Shown here piece by piece: positions 9,922 through 19,333 of a DNA stretch of 64,000 nt. The notes beneath the pieces were generated by a model that worked only from the letters and a program-made list of their open reading frames with translations, searched no databases and had not been told where the DNA came from. The DNA comes from Clostridia bacterium (lineage in GTDB: Bacteria > Bacillota > Clostridia > Oscillospirales > CAG-272). The position numbers and the translations under genes were made by a program. Numbering within the stretch: position 1 is the stretch's first letter; each line of letters begins with the position of its first letter. The DNA is taken from assembly GCA_017456545.1 (NCBI GenBank), contig JAFTJE010000030.1, forward strand, positions 2,066 to 66,065, given 5' to 3'.

Positions 9922-11547
9922 ATGTTCAAAAAATACAAGAATCATAAATACGCATCTATTGCATTTTACGCATTTCTTGTCATCCTCCTAAGTGTAGCTT
10001 TGATATTTACCCTCGTTTATATCAAGGAGATATGGGAATATATAGGTAACCTTTTAGGTGCTGTAACAGCATTTATTTACGGCTTTGCCATAGCTTATCT
10101 ATGTAATCCTATCTACAAAAGGATGCATACCTATGTTTTTGCCTTTATTGAAAAGAAAAAGGCACGGCCGAAGCTGAGAAAGACCTTCTCTCTTATATGC
10201 ACATACATTGTATTCTTCGGCGTTATTGCAATAATTGTGTTTGCCCTCATTCCTTCTATCGGAGGAAGTGTGGATAAATTTGCCAAGGGATTCAGTGGAT
10301 ATATTGCTGATTTGCAAACATCCCTGGAGAGTTTGCTTAATACTCTTTCAATCAATATACCTATCTTTAATTCCGATGATGTTGTTAAGCTCTTTACAGA
10401 TATTTTCTATAAAGACGGTAAGCTTATAATCTGGGATTATCTTATTCCTGCAGGAGAGGCTATTATTTTCACTGCTACAAGCATCGTAAGGCATGTAGTA
10501 TATTTTATAATCGGTCTTATTCTTTCTGTATATTTCCTTATGTATAAGCAGTCCATGACAGCAAAGGTAAGAAAGCTTTTCTGTGCTATATTCTCCAAAA
10601 AGACTTATCAGCGTATCTGTGATTTTGCAGTATATACCGACAAGACCTTTGGTAGATACCTTATGGGTGCAGCCCTTGACTCCCTGCTTGTGGGAACCAT
10701 CGTTGTAGTTGTATTATCCATCCTCGGATACGAATTTGCAGCCCTTATCGGAGTAATTGTGGGAATTACCAATATCATCCCCTTCTTCGGTCCTTTCCTT
10801 GGTGCTGTTCCGTCAGCCTTCATTATTCTGATTGCAGACGGATTTGTGGAGATGATTATTTTCATAGCTATAATACTTGTACTCCAGCAGATAGACGGTA
10901 ATATCATTAATCCCCATATAGTTGGTGCTACAACAGGACTTACTCCTATAGGTGTTATCGCAGCGGTAACCGTATGCTCCCACATTTTCGGATTCCTTGG
11001 AATGGTTATCGGTGTTCCCCTCTGTGCAGTTCTTACTTATATGGTATCCATGATACTTGATAAACGCTTAAAAACAAAAAATCTCCCCTCGGATACAAAG
11101 CTGTTCAAAAACAAGGATATTTATTCAAACGAAGCGTTTATTGCCGCTTCCCTTGAGGTAGAGGCTATGAACATCCTTGAGAAGCAACAGAAGGAGGAAG
11201 AGCTCAAGCAAGAGGAGCAAGAGCATAATAAGGCTATTTCTATCAAGCACGATGAGCTTATGTATGTTCTCACACATCCTGATGAATTTGCTAAGGATGT
11301 TCCCGTCGCAGAGGCTCAGACAGATGCTCCGACAGATACTAATACAGAGACTCCTGCTCCGGATGAAGTTAAATCCACATCAAAGACCACATCCAAATCA
11401 AAGACTAAATCCACATCGAAATCCAGGTCTAAGACTAAATCCAAATCAAGGTCCAGGACTAAGGCTAAGCCAAAGAATTACACACCTCTGGCCGATGTAC
11501 CCGATATTGATGAGGGTGAGGATGATGACGATTACCTCGACGACTGA
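9922..11547 (+). CDS. AI-2E family (PerM/YhhT-like) transporter with a long disordered C-terminal tail
   Basis: About 8 TM segments, with the family-typical ITNIIPFFGPFLGAVP region. The last ~150 aa are low complexity (acidic, then a K/R-S/T dipeptide run, then an acidic end). Confidence 0.8.
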   Translation: MFKKYKNHKYASIAFYAFLVILLSVALIFTLVYIKEIWEYIGNLLGAVTAFIYGFAIAYLCNPIYKRMHTYVFAFIEKKKARPKLRKTFSLICTYIVFFGVIAIIVFALIPSIGGSVDKFAKGFSGYIADLQTSLESLLNTLSINIPIFNSDDVVKLFTDIFYKDGKLIIWDYLIPAGEAIIFTATSIVRHVVYFIIGLILSVYFLMYKQSMTAKVRKLFCAIFSKKTYQRICDFAVYTDKTFGRYLMGAALDSLLVGTIVVVVLSILGYEFAALIGVIVGITNIIPFFGPFLGAVPSAFIILIADGFVEMIIFIAIILVLQQIDGNIINPHIVGATTGLTPIGVIAAVTVCSHIFGFLGMVIGVPLCAVLTYMVSMILDKRLKTKNLPSDTKLFKNKDIYSNEAFIAASLEVEAMNILEKQQKEEELKQEEQEHNKAISIKHDELMYVLTHPDEFAKDVPVAEAQTDAPTDTNTETPAPDEVKSTSKTTSKSKTKSTSKSRSKTKSKSRSRTKAKPKNYTPLADVPDIDEGEDDDDYLDD

Positions 11548-11569
11548 ACAAGGTCAATATAAAAGATAC

Positions 11570-11600
11570 GGGACTGTCCAAAGGAACAGTCCCTCTTTTA
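11570..11600 (+). terminator. Rho-independent terminator after the AI-2E gene
   Basis: Stem GGGACTGT / ACAGTCCC, then TCTTTT. Confidence 0.7.
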
Positions 11601-11634
11601 ATAAAAATTTACAATAAATATTTTTATATCGTAC

Positions 11635-11663
11635 TTGACTTTGGTTTTTGAATATGCTATACT
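11635..11663 (+). promoter_or_regulatory. Sigma-A-type promoter for SRP RNA
   Basis: TTGACT (11635-11640), 17-nt spacer, TATACT (11658-11663). Confidence 0.6.
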
Positions 11664-11705
11664 ATTGAGGATATAAAATTATATAAAAAACAAGTTGTGA
11701 TATAA

Positions 11706-11977
11706 GGTCATACTAGCTGGGGCGGTAGCGGTGCCCTGTACCTGAAATCCGCTATATGCAGGGGTGAATCCTAATCTGAGGACTGTTTTTGTGTGGTCTG
11801 CGCCTTTAATGAATGTGATGACGAATGAGTCTTGCGCAATTTTCGGCTGTGAACCGTGTCAGGTGGGGGACCAAGCAGCACTAAGCAGTTTTGAAGATGT
11901 GCCGCAAGGGCACTTGTTCCGAGCAAACATTACTGGTTTGCGCATGTAAGGGCAGCTCGAATTTTAGGTGTATGATC
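11706..11977 (+). ncRNA. ffs: Signal recognition particle RNA, long Bacillus/Clostridium type with Alu domain (scRNA)
   Basis: Domain IV core GTGTCAGGT..GGA..AAGCAGCAC. 5' Alu-like GGGCGGTAGCGGTGCCCTGTACCTGAAATCCGC. Termini GGTCATAC / GTATGATC pair. Sits immediately upstream of dnaX, the conserved Firmicute position. Ends are approximate. Confidence 0.85.
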
Positions 11978-12046
11978 TTATATGACAGCTTGTTTTTATA
12001 TTATATATAATTTATAGATAACTTACAAAAACTGAGGAGGAGCAAA

Positions 12047-13612
12047 ATGCATCAGGCTTTATACAGAAAATACCGTCCCACTGTCTTTGACGATGTATCG
12101 GGACAGGAGCATATCACTTCAATTTTAAGATACGAAGCCCTGCACGGCTCCGTTTCCCATGCTTATCTTTTTGCAGGCTCCAGAGGTACGGGTAAAACCA
12201 CCTGTGCGAAAATACTTGCAAAGGTTGTAAACTGCCTTGACCCCATTGACGGAAACCCCTGTAATGAATGTGAAAACTGTCTTGCCATAGACTCCGGTAC
12301 AGCTACGGATGTTGTGGAAATGGATGCTGCAACAAATACAGGTGTAGACTACATCCGTGACCTTCGTGACAGCGTAATGTACACCCCTGCTATGTTGAAA
12401 AAAAGAGTGTATATCATTGACGAGGCTCATATGCTTTCCGACAGTGCCTTCAATGCTCTGCTCAAAACAATTGAGGAGCCTCCGGAACATGTTTTATACA
12501 TTTTTGCAACCACTGAGCCACATAAGATTCCGGCAACTATTATCTCAAGATGTCAGCGATTTGAATTTCGCCGGATTTCCATATCCGACCTTTCTGAGAG
12601 ACTTATGTATATTGCCTCCGAGGAGGGTATTGATTTAAGCGAGGAGGGCTCTGCTCTTATTGCAAAGACGGCACAGGGTGGCATGCGAGATGCCATCTCT
12701 CTTATGGAGCTTTGTGCAGGCTCACACAGGCACATCAGTGCAGAGCTTGTAAACGAAATACTCGGCACAAGTCCCTATGAAAAAATGTGTGATGTCGCAG
12801 CAGCCATAGCAAATAAGAATTACGCTATGATTTTCAAAATCATAAACGATATAGTAATCTCCTCAAAGGACCTTCTTGTATTTTTCTCCGACCTCACATC
12901 ATTCTACCGTGATATGACGGTACAAAAATCATCGGGGACATCCGATTATCTTGATTTATCACAGCAGGAATACAAGCGACTTTGTGAGGTGAGTGCTATG
13001 TTTGATATGGCAACTCTTCTCTATCATTCCCGTCTTATTGACGAGGCATACACAAATATGATGAGAAATCCCACGGGCAAGCGACTTACAGCTGAGCTTA
13101 CATTAATGAAAATGTGCGATTCCAAGCTGTCAACATCTACTGATGCACTGTTGGCAAGAATAACTGCCCTTGAAAATAAGCTTGCCCTTATCTCCAAGGG
13201 AGTTACATCTATAGAGGATTCTCCCAAGCAAGCAGAAAAGAAGCCGGTAAGCACAGAGCCTAAGGATGCAACAAGGGTAAAAAGCGTAAAACAGGAAATT
13301 AAGCAAGCCCCAATTCAGCCAATAGCTGTAAGGGTGGATAATTGGAATGAAATTATAGCTAAGGTGGGAGAATCAGATCACGCCGTAGAAAGCTTCTTAA
13401 AGAGCTGTAAGTGCACCTTTAACGAGGCAGACGGAATATATAGAGTTGTATCTGCCCATAAGCTTATGGCTACTATGCTCGACAGCCCGAAAAATAAGAG
13501 AGTGCTGTTTGACGCTATGGTGTGCTGTGAAATGGATATAGACTCCCCGGAGCAAATTAAAATATCATTTGAGGACAACAAGGTACAGAGCTCTGACCTT
13601 GATGAATTCTAA
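12047..13612 (+). CDS. dnaX: DNA polymerase III subunit gamma/tau
   Basis: Walker A GSRGTGKTT, Zn module CxxCxxC, SRC motif (IISRCQRFEF); RBS GAGGAGG. Confidence 0.95.
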   Translation: MHQALYRKYRPTVFDDVSGQEHITSILRYEALHGSVSHAYLFAGSRGTGKTTCAKILAKVVNCLDPIDGNPCNECENCLAIDSGTATDVVEMDAATNTGVDYIRDLRDSVMYTPAMLKKRVYIIDEAHMLSDSAFNALLKTIEEPPEHVLYIFATTEPHKIPATIISRCQRFEFRRISISDLSERLMYIASEEGIDLSEEGSALIAKTAQGGMRDAISLMELCAGSHRHISAELVNEILGTSPYEKMCDVAAAIANKNYAMIFKIINDIVISSKDLLVFFSDLTSFYRDMTVQKSSGTSDYLDLSQQEYKRLCEVSAMFDMATLLYHSRLIDEAYTNMMRNPTGKRLTAELTLMKMCDSKLSTSTDALLARITALENKLALISKGVTSIEDSPKQAEKKPVSTEPKDATRVKSVKQEIKQAPIQPIAVRVDNWNEIIAKVGESDHAVESFLKSCKCTFNEADGIYRVVSAHKLMATMLDSPKNKRVLFDAMVCCEMDIDSPEQIKISFEDNKVQSSDLDEF

Positions 13613-13635
13613 TACTTAGAAAGGCGGTATAAATT

Positions 13636-13977
13636 ATGAAAGCAATAGTTCCTAAGGGACCAAGCATGAACGAAATGCTGAAGCAGGCTCAGAAAATGCA
13701 GGAGGATATGCAGAAGAAGCAGGCTGAGCTTGAGGAAAAGGAGTATGAGATTTCCGCAGGCGGTGGTGTAGTAAAGGTAAAAATCAACGGTAAGCGTGAG
13801 ATTTTAGCTATTGATATTGCACCTGAAATTGTAGACCCGGACGATATCGAAACACTCTCCGATATTATGGTAGCAGCAGTAAATGAGGCTATTAAGAAGG
13901 TTAATTCAGACTCCGACTCTGAAATGCAGAAGCTCACAGGCGGTATGGGCGGCTTCGGTATGCCCGGATTATTCTGA
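13636..13977 (+). CDS. ybaB: Nucleoid-associated protein YbaB/EbfC
   Basis: 113 aa, typical MQKKQAELE..GGGVVKV..NG pattern; located between dnaX and recR. Confidence 0.9.
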   Translation: MKAIVPKGPSMNEMLKQAQKMQEDMQKKQAELEEKEYEISAGGGVVKVKINGKREILAIDIAPEIVDPDDIETLSDIMVAAVNEAIKKVNSDSDSEMQKLTGGMGGFGMPGLF

Positions 13978-14576
13978 TGGATACCCTATTAAAGCCACTT
14001 AAGGAGCTGTCAGAGAAATTCCGTTCTCTTGACGGCGTAGGTAAAAAAAGTGCTGTAAGAATGGCATTCTCTGTCCTTAATATGAGCAATGAGGATGCAG
14101 AAGCTTTTGCAAGAGCCATTTTAGACGCTAAAACCAAGATACAGCTGTGCAGATGCTGTCAGAGCATTTCCGAATCAGAAATATGCTCTATCTGTGCATC
14201 GGACACTCGGGACCACTCCGTTGTATGCGTTGTTGAGGATGCAAAAAGCATTATGGCACTGGAAAAAGTAAAGGAATATAACGGTGTATACCATGTTTTA
14301 GGTGGTGTTATATCCCCTATGAAGGGTATAGGACCGGAAAAGCTTAAAATAAAAGAACTCCTCGAGAGAATCAACGAGGAGAATATTGAAGAGATTATCA
14401 TTGCAACCAATCCCACAGTTGAGGGTGAGGCTACTGCCATGTATATTTCCAGACTGTTAAAGCCCTTCGAGATTACAGTCACAAGAATTGCAAACGGCTT
14501 GCCCGTCGGTGCAGATCTTGAATATGCAGATGCAGTAACGCTTTACAGAGCTATTCAGGGCAGACGGGAAATTTAA
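13977..14576 (+). CDS. recR: Recombination protein RecR
   Basis: HhH, C4 zinc finger (CRCC..C..C), Toprim region; start overlaps the ybaB stop. Confidence 0.95.
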   Translation: MDTLLKPLKELSEKFRSLDGVGKKSAVRMAFSVLNMSNEDAEAFARAILDAKTKIQLCRCCQSISESEICSICASDTRDHSVVCVVEDAKSIMALEKVKEYNGVYHVLGGVISPMKGIGPEKLKIKELLERINEENIEEIIIATNPTVEGEATAMYISRLLKPFEITVTRIANGLPVGADLEYADAVTLYRAIQGRREI

Positions 14577-14593
14577 CTGAGACAGGAACAGAT

Positions 14594-15709
14594 ATGAAAT
14601 ACACTTTTTTTGACATAGAGTGCGCTAACTGCTTCCAGGGTCGTGGTAAAATCTGCTCCTTCGGATATGTTGTAACCGATGAACGCTTTAATGTATTAAA
14701 AAAAGAAGATATAGTGATAGACCCACATTCAAAATTCCATCTTACAGGAAGAGGAAACAGACCGGGAATAGTCCTTGCCTACAATGAGGAGGAGTTTAAG
14801 TCTGCTCCAAGATTTCCTCACTTCTACAGACAGATAAGAGAGCTCCTGACCGATAAGGACAGTCTTATATTCGGCTTTTCCGTTATTTCGGATGCCGGAT
14901 ATATAAAAAGTGAGTGCGAACGGTATAAGAAGGAAATATTCGACTATGAATTTATAGATGTTCAAAGAATATTTACGGATATGAACTCACTTTCCAATAC
15001 ACCGTCCCTGCTCCACGCAGTTGAAAAATTTGATTCTGCCGAAACACAGGATGTACATAAGAGTGATGATGATGCATTCCTCACTATGAAGGTGCTTAAG
15101 GGGATTTGTGAGTCCACCTCTCTTTCCGTTACAGAGGTTATTGAAAAATATCCTAACGGTAAATGCTGGTGTAAGGAAGGCGTAATAGATACGGAATACA
15201 CCAAATATAAGGAGCTTATTAAGGCTCAGAAGCTTTCTAAAATGGAAAAGCTTACCTGTAGCCCGAGAAAAAATTGGATATGCTCATCAAGAGAAAATCA
15301 CTATGAATTTTCAAAATACATATCAAGAGTATTCTCTGATTTTAAGGCGGACACGCCGCTTAGAAAAAAGAAAGTCTGCATAAGCAATCTATATGAGGAC
15401 TACCATTTTGCAGAAATGATGAATATAGTTTCTCTCATTGCAAGAAAGGGCGGCTCATATACATCCAGAGTGCAGACCTGTGACATATTCGTTGAAACAG
15501 AGCTTAAAAACGGTAAGGGCGAGGAATATTCCTGCTATCGTAAAAGCAAGCTTTTAAGACTTATGGAAACAGAGGGGAAAAATGTTGAGATAATAAGCTT
15601 TGAAGAGCTCCTTAATATGCTTGGAGTAACTGAGGACGAGCTTAAAATCTATGACAAAAATGCTCTTGCCCCCCTTAAAAAGAAGCGTAAAATAAGAGCA
15701 AAGGCTTAA
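14594..15709 (+). CDS. DEDDh-type 3'-5' exonuclease domain protein with an uncharacterised C-terminal domain
   Basis: Exo I FFDIE, Exo II-like GFSVISDAGY, Exo III HKSDDDAF. The C-terminal ~170 aa are not assignable from sequence alone. Confidence 0.65.
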   Translation: MKYTFFDIECANCFQGRGKICSFGYVVTDERFNVLKKEDIVIDPHSKFHLTGRGNRPGIVLAYNEEEFKSAPRFPHFYRQIRELLTDKDSLIFGFSVISDAGYIKSECERYKKEIFDYEFIDVQRIFTDMNSLSNTPSLLHAVEKFDSAETQDVHKSDDDAFLTMKVLKGICESTSLSVTEVIEKYPNGKCWCKEGVIDTEYTKYKELIKAQKLSKMEKLTCSPRKNWICSSRENHYEFSKYISRVFSDFKADTPLRKKKVCISNLYEDYHFAEMMNIVSLIARKGGSYTSRVQTCDIFVETELKNGKGEEYSCYRKSKLLRLMETEGKNVEIISFEELLNMLGVTEDELKIYDKNALAPLKKKRKIRAKA

Positions 15710-15716
15710 AAAGCTT

Positions 15717-15746
15717 AAAACAGACGGGAAAACCCGTCTGTTTTTG
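15717..15746. terminator. Bidirectional terminator (recR-exonuclease operon / fakA)
   Basis: AAAA, stem CAGACGGG / CCCGTCTG (loop AAAA), TTTTT. Confidence 0.8.
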
Positions 15747-15827
15747 CGTTATTAAAAAATCTTAAGAGTCCGTGACAAAACAACGAGAAAACCACTTATT
15801 CTCACAAGCACGACTGATTTGTCAGAA

Positions 15828-17471
15828 TTATTCTGCAGAGATTATATAATAGTAAACGGGCTGAGCACCGTTGTATACGGTAATTTCAGCGTCTGTGCCT
15901 ACCAATTTAGCCTCAAAGATATCTGCAACTGCCTGAGCCTCATCCTCGGACACACCCTCACCGTAATATATGCTTATAAAGCTCTTCCCGCTTTCTTTAA
16001 CCTTCTCTGCAAGAGCATCATACAAGACGGTAAGGTCCTTATCGGAGCAAAGAAGCTTATCCTTATACAATGCAAGATAATCCCCCTCCTTAATATCCAT
16101 ATCGTCAAAGTTGGAGTTTCTTGCAGCGTATGTAATCTGCATGGTGTCAACACCTGCTATAATCTCTGTCATAGCCTCTTTATTATCCTCAACCTCTGCC
16201 TCGGGATCAAAGCCAAGCATAGCTGTAAAGCCCTGAGGAATGGTTCTTGTGGGAATTACAATAACATTCTTATCAGTAAGCTCTGCTACCTGATTTGCAG
16301 TCATTATAATATTCTTATTATTTGGGAAAATAAATACATTTTCGGCATCTATCTGCTCAACAGCCTTAAAAAGATCTTCTGTTGAGGGGTTCATCGTCTG
16401 TCCACCGGATACAATTACATCCACACCAAGCTCTGTAAACATTGAGTTTATACCATCGCCGTTGGCAACGGATACAAAGCCGTATTTTTTAAGCTCCTTT
16501 TTTGGCTCCTCTGCCTCTACAAGCTTATTTGTATGCTGTGTACGCATATTTTCAACCTTTACAGTCTCATATACTCCGTACTTAAGAGCCTCACCAAGAA
16601 CTGCATGGGGGTCATTTGTATGAACATGGACCTTAATTATCTCTCCGTCATCTACAAGAACAATACTGTCGCCCATTTCGTTAAGATATGATTTTAGGGG
16701 AGAGGAGTCACTGTCTCCATCATGCTTTCTTACTATAAACTCTGTGCAGAAGCCAAAGGTAATATCAGCTGTATCGAAGGATGAGAAATCTGCCTTCTCC
16801 TTTGTTGCAGAATCACTAATTGCCTTAGGCTCATAGCTTACGCTATCCTTGTTAAGTGCGTGAAGCATTGCCTGCATTACAAGAAGCCAGCCCTTACCAC
16901 CCGCATCAACCACTCCCGCCTTCTCAAGAACGGGGTTCTGGTATACAGTATTTGCAAGTGCCTTTTCAGCTTCCTTAATAGCAGCTGAGAGTACATATTC
17001 AAAGCTGTTTTCCTCCTCTGCCGCCTTCATAGCTGCATCTGCACAGCATCTTGCAACAGTAAGAATAGTTCCCTCTGCGGGACGGTCAACGGATTTGTAC
17101 GCAGCCTCAACGCCGTGCTGAAGTGCCTTTGCCCACGCAATACCGTCGCAATCTGTGGAGTTCTCAAGCCCCTTCGCAATTCCTCGGAAAAGCAAGCTTA
17201 TTATAACTCCGGAGTTACCTCTTGCACCGTGAAGCATAGCCTTAGCTGTCTTTACAGCAACCTCTTCAATAGACGCATCCTTGTTTTTAAGAAGCTCCTC
17301 TGCTGCATGTCCGATTGTCATTGACATATTGGAGCCTGTATCACCGTCGGGAACAGGGAAAACATTAAGCTCGTTTATCTCCTCCTTGTTATCCTCAAGG
17401 CACTGAGCTGCATTTATAATGAGCTTACGGTATTCCTCTGCATTAATTTTATTGTGCTGTAGGTTTTCCAT
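15828..17471 (-). CDS. fakA: DAK2-domain fatty acid kinase subunit (FakA/YloV family)
   Basis: N-terminal Dak2 motif VFPVPDGDTGSNM; 547 aa; adjacent to a DegV gene. Confidence 0.8.
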   Translation of the reverse strand: MENLQHNKINAEEYRKLIINAAQCLEDNKEEINELNVFPVPDGDTGSNMSMTIGHAAEELLKNKDASIEEVAVKTAKAMLHGARGNSGVIISLLFRGIAKGLENSTDCDGIAWAKALQHGVEAAYKSVDRPAEGTILTVARCCADAAMKAAEEENSFEYVLSAAIKEAEKALANTVYQNPVLEKAGVVDAGGKGWLLVMQAMLHALNKDSVSYEPKAISDSATKEKADFSSFDTADITFGFCTEFIVRKHDGDSDSSPLKSYLNEMGDSIVLVDDGEIIKVHVHTNDPHAVLGEALKYGVYETVKVENMRTQHTNKLVEAEEPKKELKKYGFVSVANGDGINSMFTELGVDVIVSGGQTMNPSTEDLFKAVEQIDAENVFIFPNNKNIIMTANQVAELTDKNVIVIPTRTIPQGFTAMLGFDPEAEVEDNKEAMTEIIAGVDTMQITYAARNSNFDDMDIKEGDYLALYKDKLLCSDKDLTVLYDALAEKVKESGKSFISIYYGEGVSEDEAQAVADIFEAKLVGTDAEITVYNGAQPVYYYIISAE

Positions 17472-17496
17472 AAACGGATTCTCCTTACAAATTTAA

Positions 17497-18384
17497 TTAG
17501 TTAATTCTCTCTTTTCCAAAGAAGAACAGTGCAACGGTACCTGGACCTGTATGAGCACCGATGGTAGAGCCAATATTGTTTATAAGCACCTTACCGTTTA
17601 GCCGGGGGAACGCCTCCTCAACCAAATCCGCAACTGCCTTGGCATCATCATAACAGTCGGAGTGGCTGATAAAGCACTTTCCATTATATTCTTTACCGTT
17701 GTCGGCATTTTCAACCATTTTGTTAAAAATAGCCTTTATAACATTGCTCTTTCCTCTTATTTTTTCTCTGGGAACGAGCTTTCCGTTAAGGTCCATATTA
17801 AGAAGAGGACAAATTTTAAGAATTGTACCGAACCAACCTGCAGCCCTGGATATTCTGCCACCCTTTACATAAAAAGAGAGATCGGTTGAGAAGAACCAGT
17901 GATGTACCTTTAATTTATTTTCATTTGCCCAGCTGTAAAGCTCGTCAATGGACATACCGTTGTTTTTCAGATCAGCCATTGCATCCACAAGCAAACCGAA
18001 GCCACTGGAGGCAGCAAGGGAGTCCACCACATAAAGCTTTCTGTCCGGGAACTCTGCTCTTACATCCTCAGCAGCCAAGCGTGCTGAATTGTATGAGCCG
18101 GAGAGTCCTGAGGAAAGGGATACATGTATAACATCCTTACCCTCGCTAAGCACAGAACGAAAATACTCGGCATAGGTATCAACGCTGATAAGAGAGGTTT
18201 TTGTATCTGCACCATCTCTCATTGCCTGATAAAAATCCTTATAGGAAATTGTCTTTCCCAAATCGTCCTTATAGTCCTTACCGCCAAGCTGATAATTAAA
18301 GCTGAGGTATTTTACTCCTATTCTTTCAAAATGCTCCGCACTGATATCGGCAGGAGAGCATGCACTTAAAATATAATTACACAT
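17497..18384 (-). CDS. DegV family fatty-acid-binding protein (FakB-like)
   Basis: DegV pattern (SLSSGLSGSYNSA, IGAHTGPG); 295 aa. Confidence 0.85.
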   Translation of the reverse strand: MCNYILSACSPADISAEHFERIGVKYLSFNYQLGGKDYKDDLGKTISYKDFYQAMRDGADTKTSLISVDTYAEYFRSVLSEGKDVIHVSLSSGLSGSYNSARLAAEDVRAEFPDRKLYVVDSLAASSGFGLLVDAMADLKNNGMSIDELYSWANENKLKVHHWFFSTDLSFYVKGGRISRAAGWFGTILKICPLLNMDLNGKLVPREKIRGKSNVIKAIFNKMVENADNGKEYNGKCFISHSDCYDDAKAVADLVEEAFPRLNGKVLINNIGSTIGAHTGPGTVALFFFGKERIN

Positions 18385-18498
18385 AACATTTACCTTTCGG
18401 GAATTTACTTACTGTTATAATTGTATCACTAACCGTAAAAATAATCTATCTACACCGGAAATTTTATTTTCTACTTCGGTATTTTTATATGTAGAATG

Positions 18499-18531
18499 CA
18501 AAAAAGCCACTCTACCGACCGTAGAATGGCT
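18499..18531 (-). terminator. Rho-independent terminator after the HTH-membrane gene
   Basis: Stem AGCCACTCTAC / GTAGAATGGCT (1 mismatch) with a U-run on the minus strand. Confidence 0.65.
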
Positions 18532-18567
18532 TAAAATCGACTTAGGAGTGTCGATTATTTATTATTT

Positions 18568-19206
18568 TTACTGATTAACTTGTTTTTCCTCAGGATTTGT
18601 TTGCTTTTCCTTTTGTGTAAATTTAATTGTAATCTTTATACGCAAGCAAAGGAATAAAATAAGCTCTGCGGGGATTGCAAGCAGAAAAAGTATCCAATTT
18701 GAGTAATCTCCCACTGCAAAATATACGGTTAAAATCAAGCCTATAATTATCAGCGATATGCTAAAAAATGCACCCCTGCCCTTCTGCCATACAAATGTAA
18801 ATACAGTAGCAACAATTCCAACAACGGGAATAGTGTATATGAATAACTGCCATATATAGCTGTGCTTTATAATAGCCAACATAATAAAAAGGATAAGAGC
18901 AACAGACCAGGTGGCAATAACAGCAATGTTGGTTATAATCTTGCGATTTCTCTTAAGGGGCTTTGTATCCACCTTTTTATCCTGCTCCGAGTGCTCAGTT
19001 AAGATATAATCGGCACTCACATGGAACATAGCACTGAGCTTTTGAATAACATAAAGGTCGGGCAAACCGTCTCCTCTTTCCCATTTTGAAATAGCTTTGT
19101 CAGAATAATTAAGCTTCTCCCCAAGCTCAAATTGAGTAAGATGATTAACAGTACGGAGATAGTATATATTTTGTCCCACTATACTCTTAAGATCCTTTTC
19201 TTCCAC
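18568..19206 (-). CDS. XRE-family HTH protein with C-terminal transmembrane domain
   Basis: HTH_3 motif LTQFELGEKLNYSDKAISKWERG followed by ~4 TM helices. I prefer the GTG at 19206, preceded by AAGGAAGGAG, over the TTG at 19266. Confidence 0.7.
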   Translation of the reverse strand: MEEKDLKSIVGQNIYYLRTVNHLTQFELGEKLNYSDKAISKWERGDGLPDLYVIQKLSAMFHVSADYILTEHSEQDKKVDTKPLKRNRKIITNIAVIATWSVALILFIMLAIIKHSYIWQLFIYTIPVVGIVATVFTFVWQKGRGAFFSISLIIIGLILTVYFAVGDYSNWILFLLAIPAELILFLCLRIKITIKFTQKEKQTNPEEKQVNQ

Positions 19207-19295
19207 AGAGGTCACTCCTTCCTTTTTATTTTCTATAATTTTATCATAAAATCGTTGATTAGTCAAGTCTTAATATATAAAATATAATATATAAA

Positions 19296-19330
19296 TACAA
19301 AAAATGCGTACAGGCGTACGCATTTTTTAT
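19296..19330. terminator. Bidirectional terminator downstream of the 776-aa membrane protein gene
   Basis: AAAAAA, stem TGCGTAC / GTACGCA, TTTTTT. Confidence 0.7.
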
Positions 19331-19333
19331 ATC

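Noticed and set aside
11177-11617. 146-aa alternative-frame ORF over the 3' end of the AI-2E gene
   Set aside because: It is kept open by the AAATCC/AAGACT-type repeats that encode the K/S tail. The main frame is continuous with the transporter domain.
11764-11949. 61-aa ORF between the AI-2E gene and dnaX
   Set aside because: It lies entirely within the SRP RNA gene. There is no SD, and the region is explained by the RNA.
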